Below are positions 45,236 through 61,154 of a stretch of 64,000 nucleotides of DNA, piece by piece. A model generated the notes under the pieces. The model was not told the DNA's origin. It saw only the letters and a list, made by a program, of their open reading frames with translations, and searched no databases. Each line of letters opens with the position of its first letter. The stretch's first letter is position 1. Position numbers and translations under genes: made by a program. The DNA is from the human T2T-CHM13v2.0 reference genome, Homo sapiens, in NCBI RefSeq assembly GCF_009914755.1, contig NC_060933.1; one strand, written 5' to 3'.

Positions 45236-45929
45236 GAAATTGATGCATCTTTTTAAATCAGAAATGTATCAGAATTATTAAAAAAATCAGTTCTAAGACT
45301 TCCTTTTTATTGCGGGAATACATACACTCAATTACTTCTACAGACTAATAAAACTTAAAAACATGAACTTGGCTATGGTGGTTTAACAAGAATACACAAT
45401 AGAAAAGTAGATATGACTTCCAAAACAGATTTAACTTCCAAACCAGTAGGAGAAAAACAATGGAGCAAAGAATATCAGATTTAGCCAACAAGAAACAGGG
45501 AGGAAAAAATAATATGATAGCTTCTGGTATGTAAATCAAACTCATAAAAATCAAAAGAGAATTAGAGGACTCCAGTTTCATAGTAGCATATGTTAACCTA
45601 AATTTGTCTGAAACTGATAACTCACACTATAAAGATTACAGAATACACACACACGACATGATTTAAATTACTTAACACTATTAATATTAAAGATGATGGT
45701 GAAATAGCATCTCAATGAAAAACACTAAAATAAATTTTTGATAAAAAATGCTAGACTTCCCATTTTTAAAACATTGTATTTCTGCTGACTTCTTAGTCAC
45801 CGCTAAAATAATGATAAATACAATTTTTAAATATAAATTTTTTAATATAAAAATCTAGAACAATGAAAATAGGAGTGAGGCCATCCTAAGATGAGTGATT
45901 TCAATAAATTTTGATGAATTTCACAGTGC

Positions 45930-46170
45930 TGTAAAGACCTCACCCAATTGCCTCAATCTGAGACAATTTGGGAACCATCTTAGCTCTACAGATACCTGCA
46001 GGAGTGGGCTGAGGCCTTTGGTTTGATTACCTGACAGTACAAACTCTCCCTTTGCCCAATTTGGCTTCCCTCACATCCAGGGGTATTAATCCAGAGACCT
46101 CATTCCAATAAGCTTCCTCTGTTAAAAATCTCTCTCTGAGTCCAGTTCCCAGAAAACCTGAGTTGAAACA
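45930..46170 (+). mobile_element. LTR16-family (ERVL) LTR 3' part
   Basis: ggctgaggcctttg...ctccctttgcccaatttggcttccctc...ccaataagcttcct...ctgagtccagttcccagaaaacc. Confidence 0.65.
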
Positions 46171-46524
46171 GGCAATATGAATCTAAAGCTTATACCATGC
46201 TATACTGATTCTCCATGTGCTGTATTTATAAATGTTTATACTGCTGCTAATGCACTGTCTATATACAAGTATTGTTTTAAGAGCTTTTCATAAGTTAACT
46301 CATTTAATACTCGAAATAAGCCTATAGGAGGTACTGTTATTATGCACATTTTACAAATATACCAATTCATACAGGACATAGATAGAGATAGAGATTATTT
46401 AAAATAATACTCAGAATGATTAAAAAGTAACACATACTCTGAAATATTTTGACATACTTTTCTCGAAAAATATCAAGATATTTTACCCTGTGGAGAATAC
46501 TTTTTTTTTCACTTTATTACTTAA

Positions 46525-49430
<2,906 letters not shown>

Positions 49431-49559
49431 AGACTTTTTTTCAATATCCATTAATATTTATCAAAGATTTGTTGAGTTTTTTTGAAACTTAGTATATAAT
49501 AAATATTTAAAATAAATAATGTAATAGCAATATCCTCTGCTACAATGCAAAGTGCTAGA

Positions 49560-50210
49560 ATTTAATAAAGGATAAACACATAAAATGAAACTAATTGAAA
49601 ATTCCAAAAATAGAAATCAAAAAGCAATACACCATCCTAAGTAATTATTTATATAAAGAGAATATCAAACTATCAGTTACAAACTAATTAGAAATTAACC
49701 CATTATTATATATTGAAATTTATGGAATGTGACTAAAATTATACTAAGAGGAATATTCATAGCATTGCATGCTTTATTATTAAAGAGAGAGGAAATAAAA
49801 ATGAAAGAACTAAAGATTCCACTTGAGAAGATAGAAGATTAACAAACTAAAGGCCAAAGAAAGAATTTTAAAAAGGTAAATATAAAAATTAGTGAAATAG
49901 AAGCCATTTTAACATTAGTATTTAAAATTAATTTTAAGGCCTATTTCTAAAATAACCTACAAATTACATAAAATTTCAGCAAGGTTAAAGCCAATGAACA
50001 GATCAAACAAAGTAAAATATTAGGAATAAAAATGAAAGATGATGTACACATTATAAATAGCATATAAGTCAATGAAGATAAATTTGAAAATGCCTAAACA
50101 ATATATTATTTTATCTGAAAAAAAGGATAATCAAAATAGACTCAGAATGATGTAAAATACTTAACTGGATCACTAAAGATGAGAGAAGTATAATTTTATC
50201 AAAGAACTAT
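49560..50210 (+). mobile_element. Ancient L1M ORF2 fragment
   Basis: aatttatggaatgtgactaaaattatactaagaggaatattcatagcattgcatgc; aaatttgaaaatgcctaaac. Confidence 0.6.
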
Positions 50211-50220
50211 TAAGCATCAA

Positions 50221-50410
50221 CACTTACTAGTTGCATGATCTTGGGCAAGTTACTTTTTTTCTCTCAATGGCACAGTTTTATCACAGATAAAATGGACATA
50301 ATACACACCTTGCAAGTATATTGTAAGGACTGAGGTTTAATATGTCTAATGCACTCAGTATAAGAGTGATTTACAAGTGGCAGTCAGTTCTCAATGCATG
50401 TTGATCATTA
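50221..50410 (+). mobile_element. MIR
   Basis: cacttactagttgcatgatcttgggcaagttac...gataaaatggacataatac...ttgtaaggactgag. Confidence 0.8.
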
Positions 50411-50897
50411 TATGAAAGACAATCACTCAAAGAATGAGCAGAGGAAAAAGAGAAGTGAAGAGGCTAATAGTAAATAGCTAGAGAGCAGGAAGAATACATT
50501 ATTACGGGAACCAAGAGAGGATAGTTTTTGTTTTTTTTAAGATAGCTAACTGTGGAATATATTATGATATAAGGTAATAACATGAGAATTCAGAGAGGTG
50601 ATTACACTTTGCCATTGCACAGTCATTTTAGAAGGCTGATTTTGTACTACAATTTAGACAGCAGTCAGATTCCAGGACTTGTTGGTTTGGTGAAAAATGG
50701 AAGGTGTGAATTGTAGGCTGCTTTGTCAAGGCTGCCTGTAAAGAAAAAGAATATGTGGTCTAAGAATATCAGGAATGCTTCTACTTATTGTTTTAGAGAG
50801 AAGACCCATTAGAATAATGATAGATATTGTGCTCCTATAGTCAACCTTTAATCCTCTAACTATAAAAACAGTTAATTTATGACTGTATGACTTTATC

Positions 50898-52320
50898 CAT
50901 AGGTGGCTTTTGAGTGAGGCCAAGGAAGCTAAATGCCTAGGAGTCTCTAGTGCATGAGCCTCTACAACTTGCTCTGGGGAGTGGGTGGAGGGTACCCTAG
51001 TAATCTGTTCACATATGATTTGGTAAAATTGGCAAAGGTAAGTGATCTAAACCACAATCAGTTAAATCTAATGTCTATTTGTAATATACTTTCATCATAT
51101 TATCTACTTTTCAATAGCTATAAGCATTTCTGAGAATTAAGTTGGCAATGTATTTCATTTTTATTAGTAGACCATGTTCATGTGGGCTGCAGTCATTTCC
51201 ATGACTGTTAGTTACTGCTAGTTAGTTGCTACTATCCATCCCACATAGGAACAACTTCCAGGAATACTCCTATGCCCTACTGTGTGGACTCACCCAGAAA
51301 TATTACATGAAGGTGCAGGACTAGAGATTATATTGTGGTATAAACATGCCCTATGACATCTAGAAATGCACATGTGGTAGAAGAGAAGCAATGTTTGAAA
51401 TACATGGAGCCAGAAGCCAGTTTGTATAAAAGTTAAGGTGAAGATTTGGTGTTCAGCAACACCTGGTTAAAACAGAAGTTCTTTCTTTTTCAGGAATATG
51501 CTCAATAACATAGCATGTATTATTTTAAACCCACTGTATAGTTATTATTTTATTATAAAAACCACATCAAATATAAGTTATCAGAATTTGTATGTTTATA
51601 GGACACAAGCTTGCAGGATTTCTCCAAATGACAAATACAGTTGGCTTCCCATATTTGTGAATTCTGCATCCATGGATTCAACCAACTATGGATCATAAAT
51701 ATTCAAAAAATTGCATTTGTACAGAACATGTACAGTTGTTTATTGTCATTATTCCCTAAACAATCTAGTATAACAGCTATTTTACATAGGGTTTACGTTG
51801 CATTAGGTATTATAAGTAATCTAGAGCTGACTTACAGTACATGGGAGGATATGCATGGCTTATAAGCAAATATACATCATTTTATATGAAGGACTTGAGC
51901 ATCTTCAGATTTTGGTATCTGTGGGACGTCCTGGAACCAATCCCTCACAGATACTGAGAGACTATATTACCGTTTGTATGCAGCCACCTGTTTTACTTAA
52001 CCAAACTATCAATTTTGCAAACAAATAGACATCAACCACAATGGAGGAACGACAAAATTATTTTTCTAGTCTCACTGAAGAAAGTTATATTACAAAATCA
52101 CTGTCCTAAGAAGAGGTGATCAAAGAGTATGGAGTCAAAAATGCAGAGAAGATAAAAGGCATTATAGTTCTGGTGTAACCTGTTAATTATAGAAGTATTT
52201 AATTTTGAGGTATCGTGATGTTGAGGAATTTGTCAACTTTTAAAAACTGGAAATTTATTGTGATTTTTTTATTTTAAGTAAATATGCTCATATCTAATTT
52301 TTATTACATTTTAATCCACC
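50898..52320 (+). mobile_element. Zaphod-type hAT-Tip100 deletion derivative, interrupted by MER2
   Basis: cttccaggaatactcctatgccctactgtgtggactcaccc...tttgaaatacatggagccagaagc; 3' part encodes relic STTMEERQNYFSSLTEE resembling the hAT dimerisation motif. Confidence 0.75.
51638..51964 (-). mobile_element. MER2
   Basis: ta-cagttggcttcccatatttgtg...ggattcaaccaac...cctggaaccaatccctcacagatactgagagac. Confidence 0.88.
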
Positions 52321-53734
52321 CATATCTACCACCAGATTGCAAACAAATTGACAAACTGGACAAACTTTTGTCCAATCATTAGCTGACCAATAAAAACTGA
52401 GTAGGAAATTCAGAGGTCACTTATTACGAAGTATACAGACTTGATAGAATTAGTCCAGGAAAGTCAGTTGGAAAAAAAAAAAAAAAAAACCAACAACAAC
52501 AACCATGCCTGATGAGGACACTTGTGTTACTTCAATGTTGATACATTCCAAAAAAAACAGTTATTGAGTCAAAACTGATTCACATTTATAATTTTGTTTG
52601 TGAATGCCCAATTTTTCTCCCTAGCAGTTAACCAATCTACATGCTAATAAAAATGAAAATTTCTGAAATGAATAAATATTATTCAACCACGGAGCCACAT
52701 GGTTTTTAGAGAAAATCTTGTTATTGCCTAATAAAGGCTGAATGAATAATGGACAGTAAAAATAATAGGTATTCACTACTGAGAAGAAAAATATTGTAAG
52801 AAATACTATATACCCACAACCATTCATTTCTTCACCTGCTGTGTTTCATACTTAACTTTTCATTGCCTTTCCTATCCTTTCTGTCTTTTTATCCTCATTT
52901 CTTTTATTCGTCTGTTGCATTTTCTTTGCACCCATGCCCTTCCCTCTTTATGCTTTGATAATAAGGGAAATGTCAGCTAGATCAGTATTCCACTGCATGT
53001 GGCATATAAGATTATTTTATAGGATACTCGTGTGAACAATATTTCATTTTAATTGCAATGGATTTACTTTAACATATTTTTAAATAATGAACCTGTCATT
53101 ACAATCCCACAATTTCATAGATATTATTGCTTAAGGCAATGCTATAAACTAAATATTTGTATTTAAAAAATAAGTTGATTTAACAAAAATGTTAAGTAAA
53201 TGACAGTCTAAGTACTAGTGTGCAGTTGTAGGAAAATCATGAATTTAGTGAGTGAATGATTGAAATTAGAAGTACATTCTGTGTGCTGTTACCAGAGATA
53301 GCAGATCGATTTTTACTGTCAAAATACCACTATTATACCAAACCCATTTTCCTCTGTTTCCAAATTTCACATGCCCTGAAATTCAATCTGACAACTGATG
53401 GTTGTTATGCCTATGCTTCTTACAAAAGTAATATTTTGAAAAACATAAAAGTAACCACTAGTAGATTTGAACACAAATATGTATCCTCAAAACTGGAAAC
53501 ATTCTAGAGACAAAGAAATCATAATTTTATAAAAAGAGACCAATCAAAGGAAACAACAATTTAGTGTATTTTTTAAAGCCACATAAAATTAGCTAACCAA
53601 AGGAAAATATTTTCAGATGTTTTTTAATTACAACCTTTTCCCCTTTTTATAGTATACACATAAAACAAAGCAACAAGGAAAAATTAGTAAGCAAAAACCC
53701 AGCAGGCAAAAAAAGAAACATGGAAAAGGGGGAC

Positions 53735-54181
53735 TGTATTACTCAGGGTTCTCTAGAGGGACAGAACTAATGAAACAGACATATATATATATAAAGGGGA
53801 GTTTATTAAGTTTTAACTCACATGATCACACAGTCCCACAATAGCCTGTCTGCAGGCTGAGGAGCAAGGAGAGCCAGTCTGAGTTCCGAAACTGAAGAAC
53901 CTGGAGTCCAATGTTAGAGGGCAGGAAGCATCCAACATGGGAGAAGATGTAGGCTGAGAAGCTAGGCCTGTCTCTCTTTTCACATTTTTTTGCCTGCTTA
54001 TATTCTAGCTGTGCTGGCAGCTGATTAGATTGTGCCCACCCAGATTAAGGGTGGGTCTGCATTTCCCAACCCCCTGACTCAAATGTTAATCTCCTTTGGC
54101 AATGCCCTCACAGACACACCCAGGATCAGTACTTTGTATCCTTCAATCCAGTCAAGTTGATACTCAGCATTAACCATCACA
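53735..54181 (-). mobile_element. MLT2A1 (HERV-L) solo LTR
   Basis: tgtattactcagggttctctagagggacagaactaat ... caagttgatactcagcattaaccatcaca. Confidence 0.92.
54022..54032 (-). promoter_or_regulatory. DUX4-type motif CAATCTAATCA in MLT2A1
   Basis: tgattagattg on the plus strand; MLT2A1 is an established DUX4-responsive LTR at zygotic genome activation. Confidence 0.5.
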
Positions 54182-55632
54182 CTGACAAAATTAATTGCAA
54201 GTGAGGATCCATAGAAGAATGTATCCATGGAATCAAAGTGCATTTTATTAATTATGGTTAAATATTTTAATGATGATATACCCCTCTTGCAACTCTAGAT
54301 GTTGAATTCATCTATGTGTGGGGGAGGGAGTGTGTACAGAATGCATTCGAATATGAAAAGCGAAACTAAAAGAAACAAGGAGAAATTGTTGGAGACAATA
54401 CTTTTTGAACTCCTAAACACCTCAGTCTCTCAGACCAAACAAGACAAAAATAAGTACTTTAAAAGATTGTCCAATATCTATGTTTGTGCTCTGTAAAATG
54501 AGGAATTGGTATGAAATAATTTCAAGTATCCCCATAAGTTCTAAAATTCTAATTTATTAAAGGTATTTGGAAGTTTTTGAGTAACCTAAAATAAAGTTTC
54601 TCCCAAAAGAGTCAACATTATTGCATATGTGTTGCTGTTTCTTATCTTTACAAATGTATTTATAACACTCACCTTTTGTCATTTATTACCAGGCCTACAC
54701 AGCCATCAGTGGTAGCCCTTGATACTCAGGTACACAGAATATATGAACAGTCCCCTGTGCTCCCAGGAATTATCACTACCAACCAGTAGCTAAGGTTATT
54801 ATTCAAATTGTGCTATATGCTGTGACATGTTTTCCTTCCTGAAATGGAATGAAGTTTGAAGCAAAATATTAACAGCAAGCTAAAATATGAAAACTTGCTG
54901 CTGTTTGGAATTTACTTAAATGGGTCCAACATTTACGTCTACTTTTGTAAAAATTAAAGTAGACTGTAATCCATTAAGACATATCTATTATATTGTTTTA
55001 TACAACCTAGCTATTACTATGCTTGAAATTTAGTTCAAATGTCTTTTGTGATAAAATAATAAGCAAGCATGTATTGACAAAATATTAAAACACAGGAAAA
55101 GTTGATTTTGTTTACTTCGAATGATTAAACAACATACGATAAAACTGTCAAGAGAATTCCTATTTGTACACAAGGGCAATCAAAAGAAGATTATCCATAA
55201 TCTTTTTTCCAAGACATCAAGAAAGATTTTTCTAATGCAAAAGAAGATATTCTGATGTGTCAAGCAAAATTTAAAGCATTATGTTTAACTTACTCTTTTG
55301 CCAAATCAGATTTGATTTGTTTATTGATTCATATCACTTTGGTCCTATTATTTACTGACTCTCTGATACTTCTTTTATATCTGACACAATCAAATTTTAT
55401 CCTAGAAATGGGCAAGAGATGTGGAGGACTTTTTTCTAAGTACTGGTCATGTATTTGGGGTCATGAAGAGCAGTAGGAGAGAAAAGGGGTCATTTCTCCT
55501 TTGATTTCACCAAATCACTTTCTGTCATATTTTCATAGTCATTGTAAGGAGTTAAAAATGGTATAAATGTTATTGTGAGTCAGAAGTAAGCAGAATGAAC
55601 AGGGATTCTACATGAATTTCTTATTACAATTT

Positions 55633-55937
55633 TTTTTTTTTTTTTTTGAGATGGGATTTCACTCTGTTGCACAGGCTGGAGTGCAGTGACATGATCACAG
55701 CTCACTGCAGCCTCAACCTCCTGGGCTCAAGCAATCTTCCCACTTTAATCTCCCAAGTACCTGAGACTACAGGCACATGCCGCCATGTCTAGCTAATTTC
55801 TGTTTTTGTTTTTGTTTTCTAGTGATAGGGTTTCGCTGTGTTTCCCAAGCTGGCCTTGAACTCCTGAGCTCAAACAATCCACCCATCTCGGCTTCCCAAA
55901 GTGTTAGCACTACAGATGTGAGCTACCACATCTGGCC
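55633..55937 (-). mobile_element. AluJ
   Basis: Poly(T) plus dimer; TSD tc(t/g)tattacaattt. Confidence 0.92.
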
Positions 55938-56144
55938 TCGTATTACAATTTAGAGAAATTAAAGCCTGGATTTCAATGGAGGTGACTACAAGACAAATCT
56001 ATTGCAAGATAAGATTAAATATAGGATAAAAATTAGGAAGTTAAATATGTGTAGTTTATGATATTTGTAAATCTGTATTGACTCGCTTGTTCCCTAAATG
56101 TAGATAGAATACCAGATTTAACAAGAAAGAAAATTGCAAACAAC

Positions 56145-56290
56145 TAACATTTATTGATCTCCAAATCTGAGCACTTCCACAAATATTATCTAACAATCTC
56201 CCTCATTACCTTTATGAGGCAGACAATTGTCCATGTCAGAGACGTTAAAACTGAGGTTCAAAAAGGTAATTTAGTTGGCCAGTATCATGT
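56145..56290 (-). mobile_element. MIR
   Basis: ctttatgaggcagacaattgtccatgtcagagacgttaaaactgaggttcaaaaaggtaatttagttggcc. Confidence 0.6.
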
Positions 56291-56467
56291 ATTATGGTCT
56301 TACTTAGGATGGAGGCATTCATCTAAAAATTAGGAAGAGATAGGAGATGAACATTTTTACTTCACTTTTAAATATCTGCTGTCCAAATTTGTTTTTGGTT
56401 TTGTTTTTGAGGACTTATTTCTACCAGGCACAATACATACTGTGGTCCTGCAAGAACTAACAGTGAG

Positions 56468-56885
56468 TGTATTAGTCCATTCGCAAATTGCTATAAAGAA
56501 ATACCTAAGACTGGGTATAAACAAAAGAGGTTTAATTGGCTCACGATTTCACAGGCTGTACAGGACACATGATGCTGGCATCTGCTCGGCTTCTGGGGAA
56601 GCCTCAGGAAACTTAAAATCATGATGGAAGATGAAGGGGGAGCACACACATGACATGGCCAGAGTAGGAGCAAGCGAGAGAGAGGGGGAAGGTGCCACAC
56701 ACTTTTAAAGGAGCAGATCTCAAGAGAACTCACTCACTATTGTGAGGACAGTACTAAGGGGATGGTGATAAACTATTCCAGAGAAACTGCCTCCATGATC
56801 CAGTCACCTTCCACCAGGTCCCTCCTCCAGCACTGGGGATTACAATTCGATATGATATTTGGTGGGGACACAGATCCTAACGAAC
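56468..56885 (-). mobile_element. MSTA-like MaLR solo LTR
   Basis: tgtattagtccattcgcaaattgctataaagaaatacc...gaggacagtactaaggggatggtg...ggggacacagatcc. Confidence 0.88.
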
Positions 56886-58229
56886 TATTGCTGTGTATGT
56901 TGTAGTTTTACCTACCTCTGACCAGACCAGTGACACCACTGATCTTTTCAGATCATAAAACCTTGGCTCCCATAATCTCCTATGTGTAAATTACAAATTC
57001 TTTTTTCATTTAATATGTTAGGAATATCTTTCTTTTCCAAATTTTTTTTCATTAACTTATGAGACTTTTTCTCATCTAATTTTTAATCAGTTTGTTTTTA
57101 AGAACTGTATTTCAAATTCTGTCATGAATATGGATTTTTTCTTAAGTCTTTCCTTATTAAATCATTCTTACATTTTATTTCAGTTTAGCACCATGTCTAA
57201 TGAGCAGCTTTTACTTTTTGTAATTATTACAGAGTTGCTTATTGTTACTTATAGTCTATTCATGTAATAAGTCCTTTCCTTGCTTTGTTTGGAAATGATA
57301 TAAAATTCATACTGGGTTCATTATTCCTGAAATTTAATAGGAAAATAAAATAAAGAATAGTTGCTTAAAATCAGATTTACCCTCTGACAGATAAATGCTT
57401 TGTGGCAAATCTCCTTTTAACAGTAAAGTGTGATAATATTAATTTTGCTTAAAAGATTGGTAACACTTAATGAAACTCATTGAAATAAAGCACTCTGGGG
57501 AACCACAAAAGCACTGCTCTAAGCACTATTTAATTGAGTAGAAATTTGGAAAATTAAAAGAGGCTAATAGAAAAAATAGCTTTTCAGTCATATGGGTAAA
57601 TATAAAATTATAGAAGTGTGCTGTGTATAGAGAAACATCATTAATAATGGAAAACGAGGTTCCCCCCTGCCTTTTTTTTTTTTTTTTACAAGAAAAGCAC
57701 CATTTAATCATGTCCTCCACATAGAAGCACAGACAATGCTAAAACTTCATCAAATTGTGTAAAGTCATTGCAGGCATTCAGATGATGCTTTGTAGGACAA
57801 GAAGAGAATACAGGTGAAGAAAGAAACATTCCAATTCTCCAAATTCTGTCTTTGGAGTCCCTCCATAATGTCAGTGGCTGTAGTACTTGATAAAGGGTTT
57901 TAGCCAATACAAGGACCAAATTCCAGCAATACCTTGGACGACACAACAAAAATGTGGACTAATTGCGTGGGAAAAAAATCAGGAGACTACTGAAAATAAG
58001 ATTGAAAGGAGAGATTTGGTGAAACATTATCCCAGTTTCCAGCTCCCTCTCCTCTTTATTCTCTAGGTTCCTTTCATTCCCACAGAGTGCCAAACCAGGA
58101 GCAAAAATACTCACTTCATGATTTCTATCCCTCAGGCAAATTGCTGATCACTGTTTGCCTTTCTCCCGCTCCAATCCGAGTCTCCACTTTCTTCCTTATC
58201 ACAGAAAGCGTAGGTGGCAGGACTGCTTC

Positions 58230-58345
58230 CCCATCAGTACTTGTCTGTGGTTCCTCTGAGGGCATGGTGCAATGAGTGTGAGCTCCATGAAGGCCAGCAA
58301 GAGTGTTTGTCTGTTTATGACATTTTGGAACATTTGAAATAGTTC
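58230..58345 (+). mobile_element. L2 3' fragment
   Basis: gtgtgagctccatgaaggccagcaagagtgtttgtctgttt. Confidence 0.45.
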
Positions 58346-60403
58346 CTTATGTTTATGAACTATGCCTATAAATATCACCACCAAAATAAAGATAGCACCA
58401 ATCAAAGTTTTAAAAGCACAGGTCAACTCATGATACTTTATCTCACAAAGGAAATTAGAAAGCATAATTTAAATGGTTAAGAGATCAACTTATCACTAAT
58501 GAGTGTTAGAAACCAATGCACAGAGGCAGACTTCCTTTTTGAAGCAGTTTGCTACATTGCAAAGAGTGTGCCAATAAGTCCAGGTTGATATATATATACC
58601 TTTAAAGTAAGCAGGGTCAAATGGGGCATGAATGAAACAGTTCTAATCATTATTACCACCTAAAAAAAAATCACAAACATATTGTTGTATATAATGATAA
58701 ACTAGTATTTTAGAAACTCTTATTCAAATTAAATTACATCAAGTTGCAATTAAGTAGCTCATATTTTCTTGAAATTGGGTGGATTTCATTTCAAAAAGTG
58801 TGTTTACACTTTTTACATCATTATGTTTTATTCTAAACTAGGTGAAAATATTAATTCTGTTTTTGTGGCGTGCTGGGGGTTGGGAGATGGTGTTTGAAGC
58901 AGTCTAGCATGCATGCAAACAATGCGGAGTTTTCCTGCAGAGAATTTTAAAACAGCAATAAAACCAACTAAAAGTTTATCTGCTCTTTGCTAACACCATG
59001 TGAGTTTTTGAGCTTCTGCTTCTTAGTATAACAGACTAACATTCCACCAAATGACCTCCCTCCCTATTAAAAACAACAACAACTATGAAACCTGAACATA
59101 ATACAAAAGCAAATACCTTAAAGTACTGGGGAGGAAACAGCAGATTCCAGTTAGAGCTCATGCTCACTTGGAGGAAAGGAAACTGAAAGCTGTAGAAGGA
59201 AATTCTCATCTCTTTGGCTTTGGGCCTGGGACTAAGGGCAATTCCCCCAAAAAATGTAGTGCAGAGCATACAATCTTTCTGGTGCTGAGAATCAGAAAAG
59301 TGAATAGGAAACTATAAAGGGGGAATCCTAGAAGAGATAGAGCCAGACAATTGTTTCCACAAAAGCCCTCTATCCACATTGCTGGTTGATCTCCACCCAT
59401 GCATGGGACCAACTCAAGGCAGCTCAGCCAAAGACAAAAACTGAAATGAGATGAGAGCTGCTACCATGAAGCTGCCAGAGTATGAATAGAGAAGCAGGCA
59501 CACTTTGGTAGAGAGAGCATACTTGCCTAAGAAGAAAAGGTAGGCAACTCAACACTTGTGTTCAAAGAGAAAAAGGTTTGCTTCTCTGGTCTGGAGACTT
59601 ATTATAATAGAGAAGTGAAGAGGGCGCAAATACTGAAGAGAATGAGGGAATCCCAGGAGGGAAAGAACCAGAGAAGGGCTCCGTTAACTTTCTCTACCCA
59701 TATCAATGAGAGAACCCTAAAACATGCATGCATAGAATAGACTAAAAGCAAAGAGACTACAGCTGTCACACAAGAAAAAGAGTTTGCAGTTCAAGCCCAG
59801 CCAAGAAAAATACCTGTTATGAAAATGCTCATTGGATAAAAATTTAAAAACCAAAATATTTTCAACTTAGCAGCCTTAATATCCAACATAAAATACAAAT
59901 TTACCTGATACACAAAAAAATCAAGAAAATTGAATACATCCTAGAGAAAAGGAAATCAAATCTAAGGTTGAACCAGGTTTTGGAACTAACTAATAAAGAT
60001 TTTAAAGTGTCTTTTGTTGCTAATCCCAGTGTAGCAAAACAAAACATGTTTGAATGCATTAAAAAGCTCAACAGAGAAATGGGAAGTCTCAGTAGAAAAA
60101 GTGACACAGAGAAAAAAAAGAACTAAATGGAAAATCAAGAACTGAAATATGTAATTTCTGAAATAAAAATTTACTATAAGACTTAGCCAAATGGACATGT
60201 CAGAATTAAGAGCAAATGAACATGAGAATATATCAGTAGAAATTATCTCAGGTGAACAATATAGAACAAAAAGATTGAAAAAAATTAACAGAGCCACCGT
60301 GACTCATTAGATAAAACATTAAATTTTAAATGTACAGGTAATTGGCATACTAGAAGGAGAGGAGACACAGAATGAGACAGGAATAGTATTTAAAGAAATA
60401 ATG

Positions 60404-60709
60404 GGCTGGGTGCAGTGGCTCACGTTTGTAATCCCAACACTTTGGAGGCTGAGGTGGTTGAATCCCATGACCCCAGGAGTTCAAGACCAGCCTGAGCAAC
60501 ATGGTGAGACCCCCTTTCAACAAAAAATACAAAAATCAGCTGGGCATGGTGGCACATGCCTGTAGTCCCAGCTACTCTAGTGGCTGAGGTGAGAGGATCA
60601 CTTGTGCCTGGGAAGTCAAGACTGCTGCAGTGAGTTGTGATCATGCCACTGCACTCCAGCCTGAGTGACAGAGCAAGACCCCATCTCTGAAAACAAAAGA
60701 AAGGAAAGA
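60404..60709 (+). mobile_element. AluJ
   Basis: Dimer with A-rich tail; TSD aaagaaaYaaYg. Confidence 0.9.
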
Positions 60710-60841
60710 AAAGAAACAACGGCTTAAATCTCCAAATTTCATAAAAATCAGAAATGTTTAAATTTGATTTCGTGTTTAAAAATGATTTGGTATTTAAATA
60801 AACACTAAATCAACACCAAATAGAACAGTTAAAAAGAGACA

Positions 60842-61142
60842 GGCCGGGCGCAGTGGCTCACACCTGTAATTCCAGCACTTTGGGAGGCTGAGGCAGGCAG
60901 ATCACGAGGTAAGGAGATGGAGACCATCCTGGCTAACATGGTGAAACCCCGTCTCTACTAAAAATACAAAACCTTAGCCGGGCGTGGTGGTGGTCACCTG
61001 TAGTCCCAGCTACTTGGGAGGCTGAGGCAGGAGAATGGTGTTCACCCAGGAGGCGGAGCTTGCAGTGAGCCGAGATCGTGCACTGCACTACAGCCTGGGC
61101 GACAGAGCGAGACTCCATCTCAAAAAAAAAAAAAAAAAAAAA
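60842..61142 (+). mobile_element. AluY
   Basis: gagaccatcctggctaacatgg, ggagaatggtg..., gcggagcttgcagtgagcc; long A tail. Confidence 0.92.
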
Positions 61143-61154
61143 CAGAAGCAGGCT

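Noticed and set aside
58040-58215. Four consecutive pyrimidine-tract/AG acceptor-like sites
   Set aside because: No convincing paired donor or reading frame; expected in pyrimidine-rich, probably L2-derived sequence
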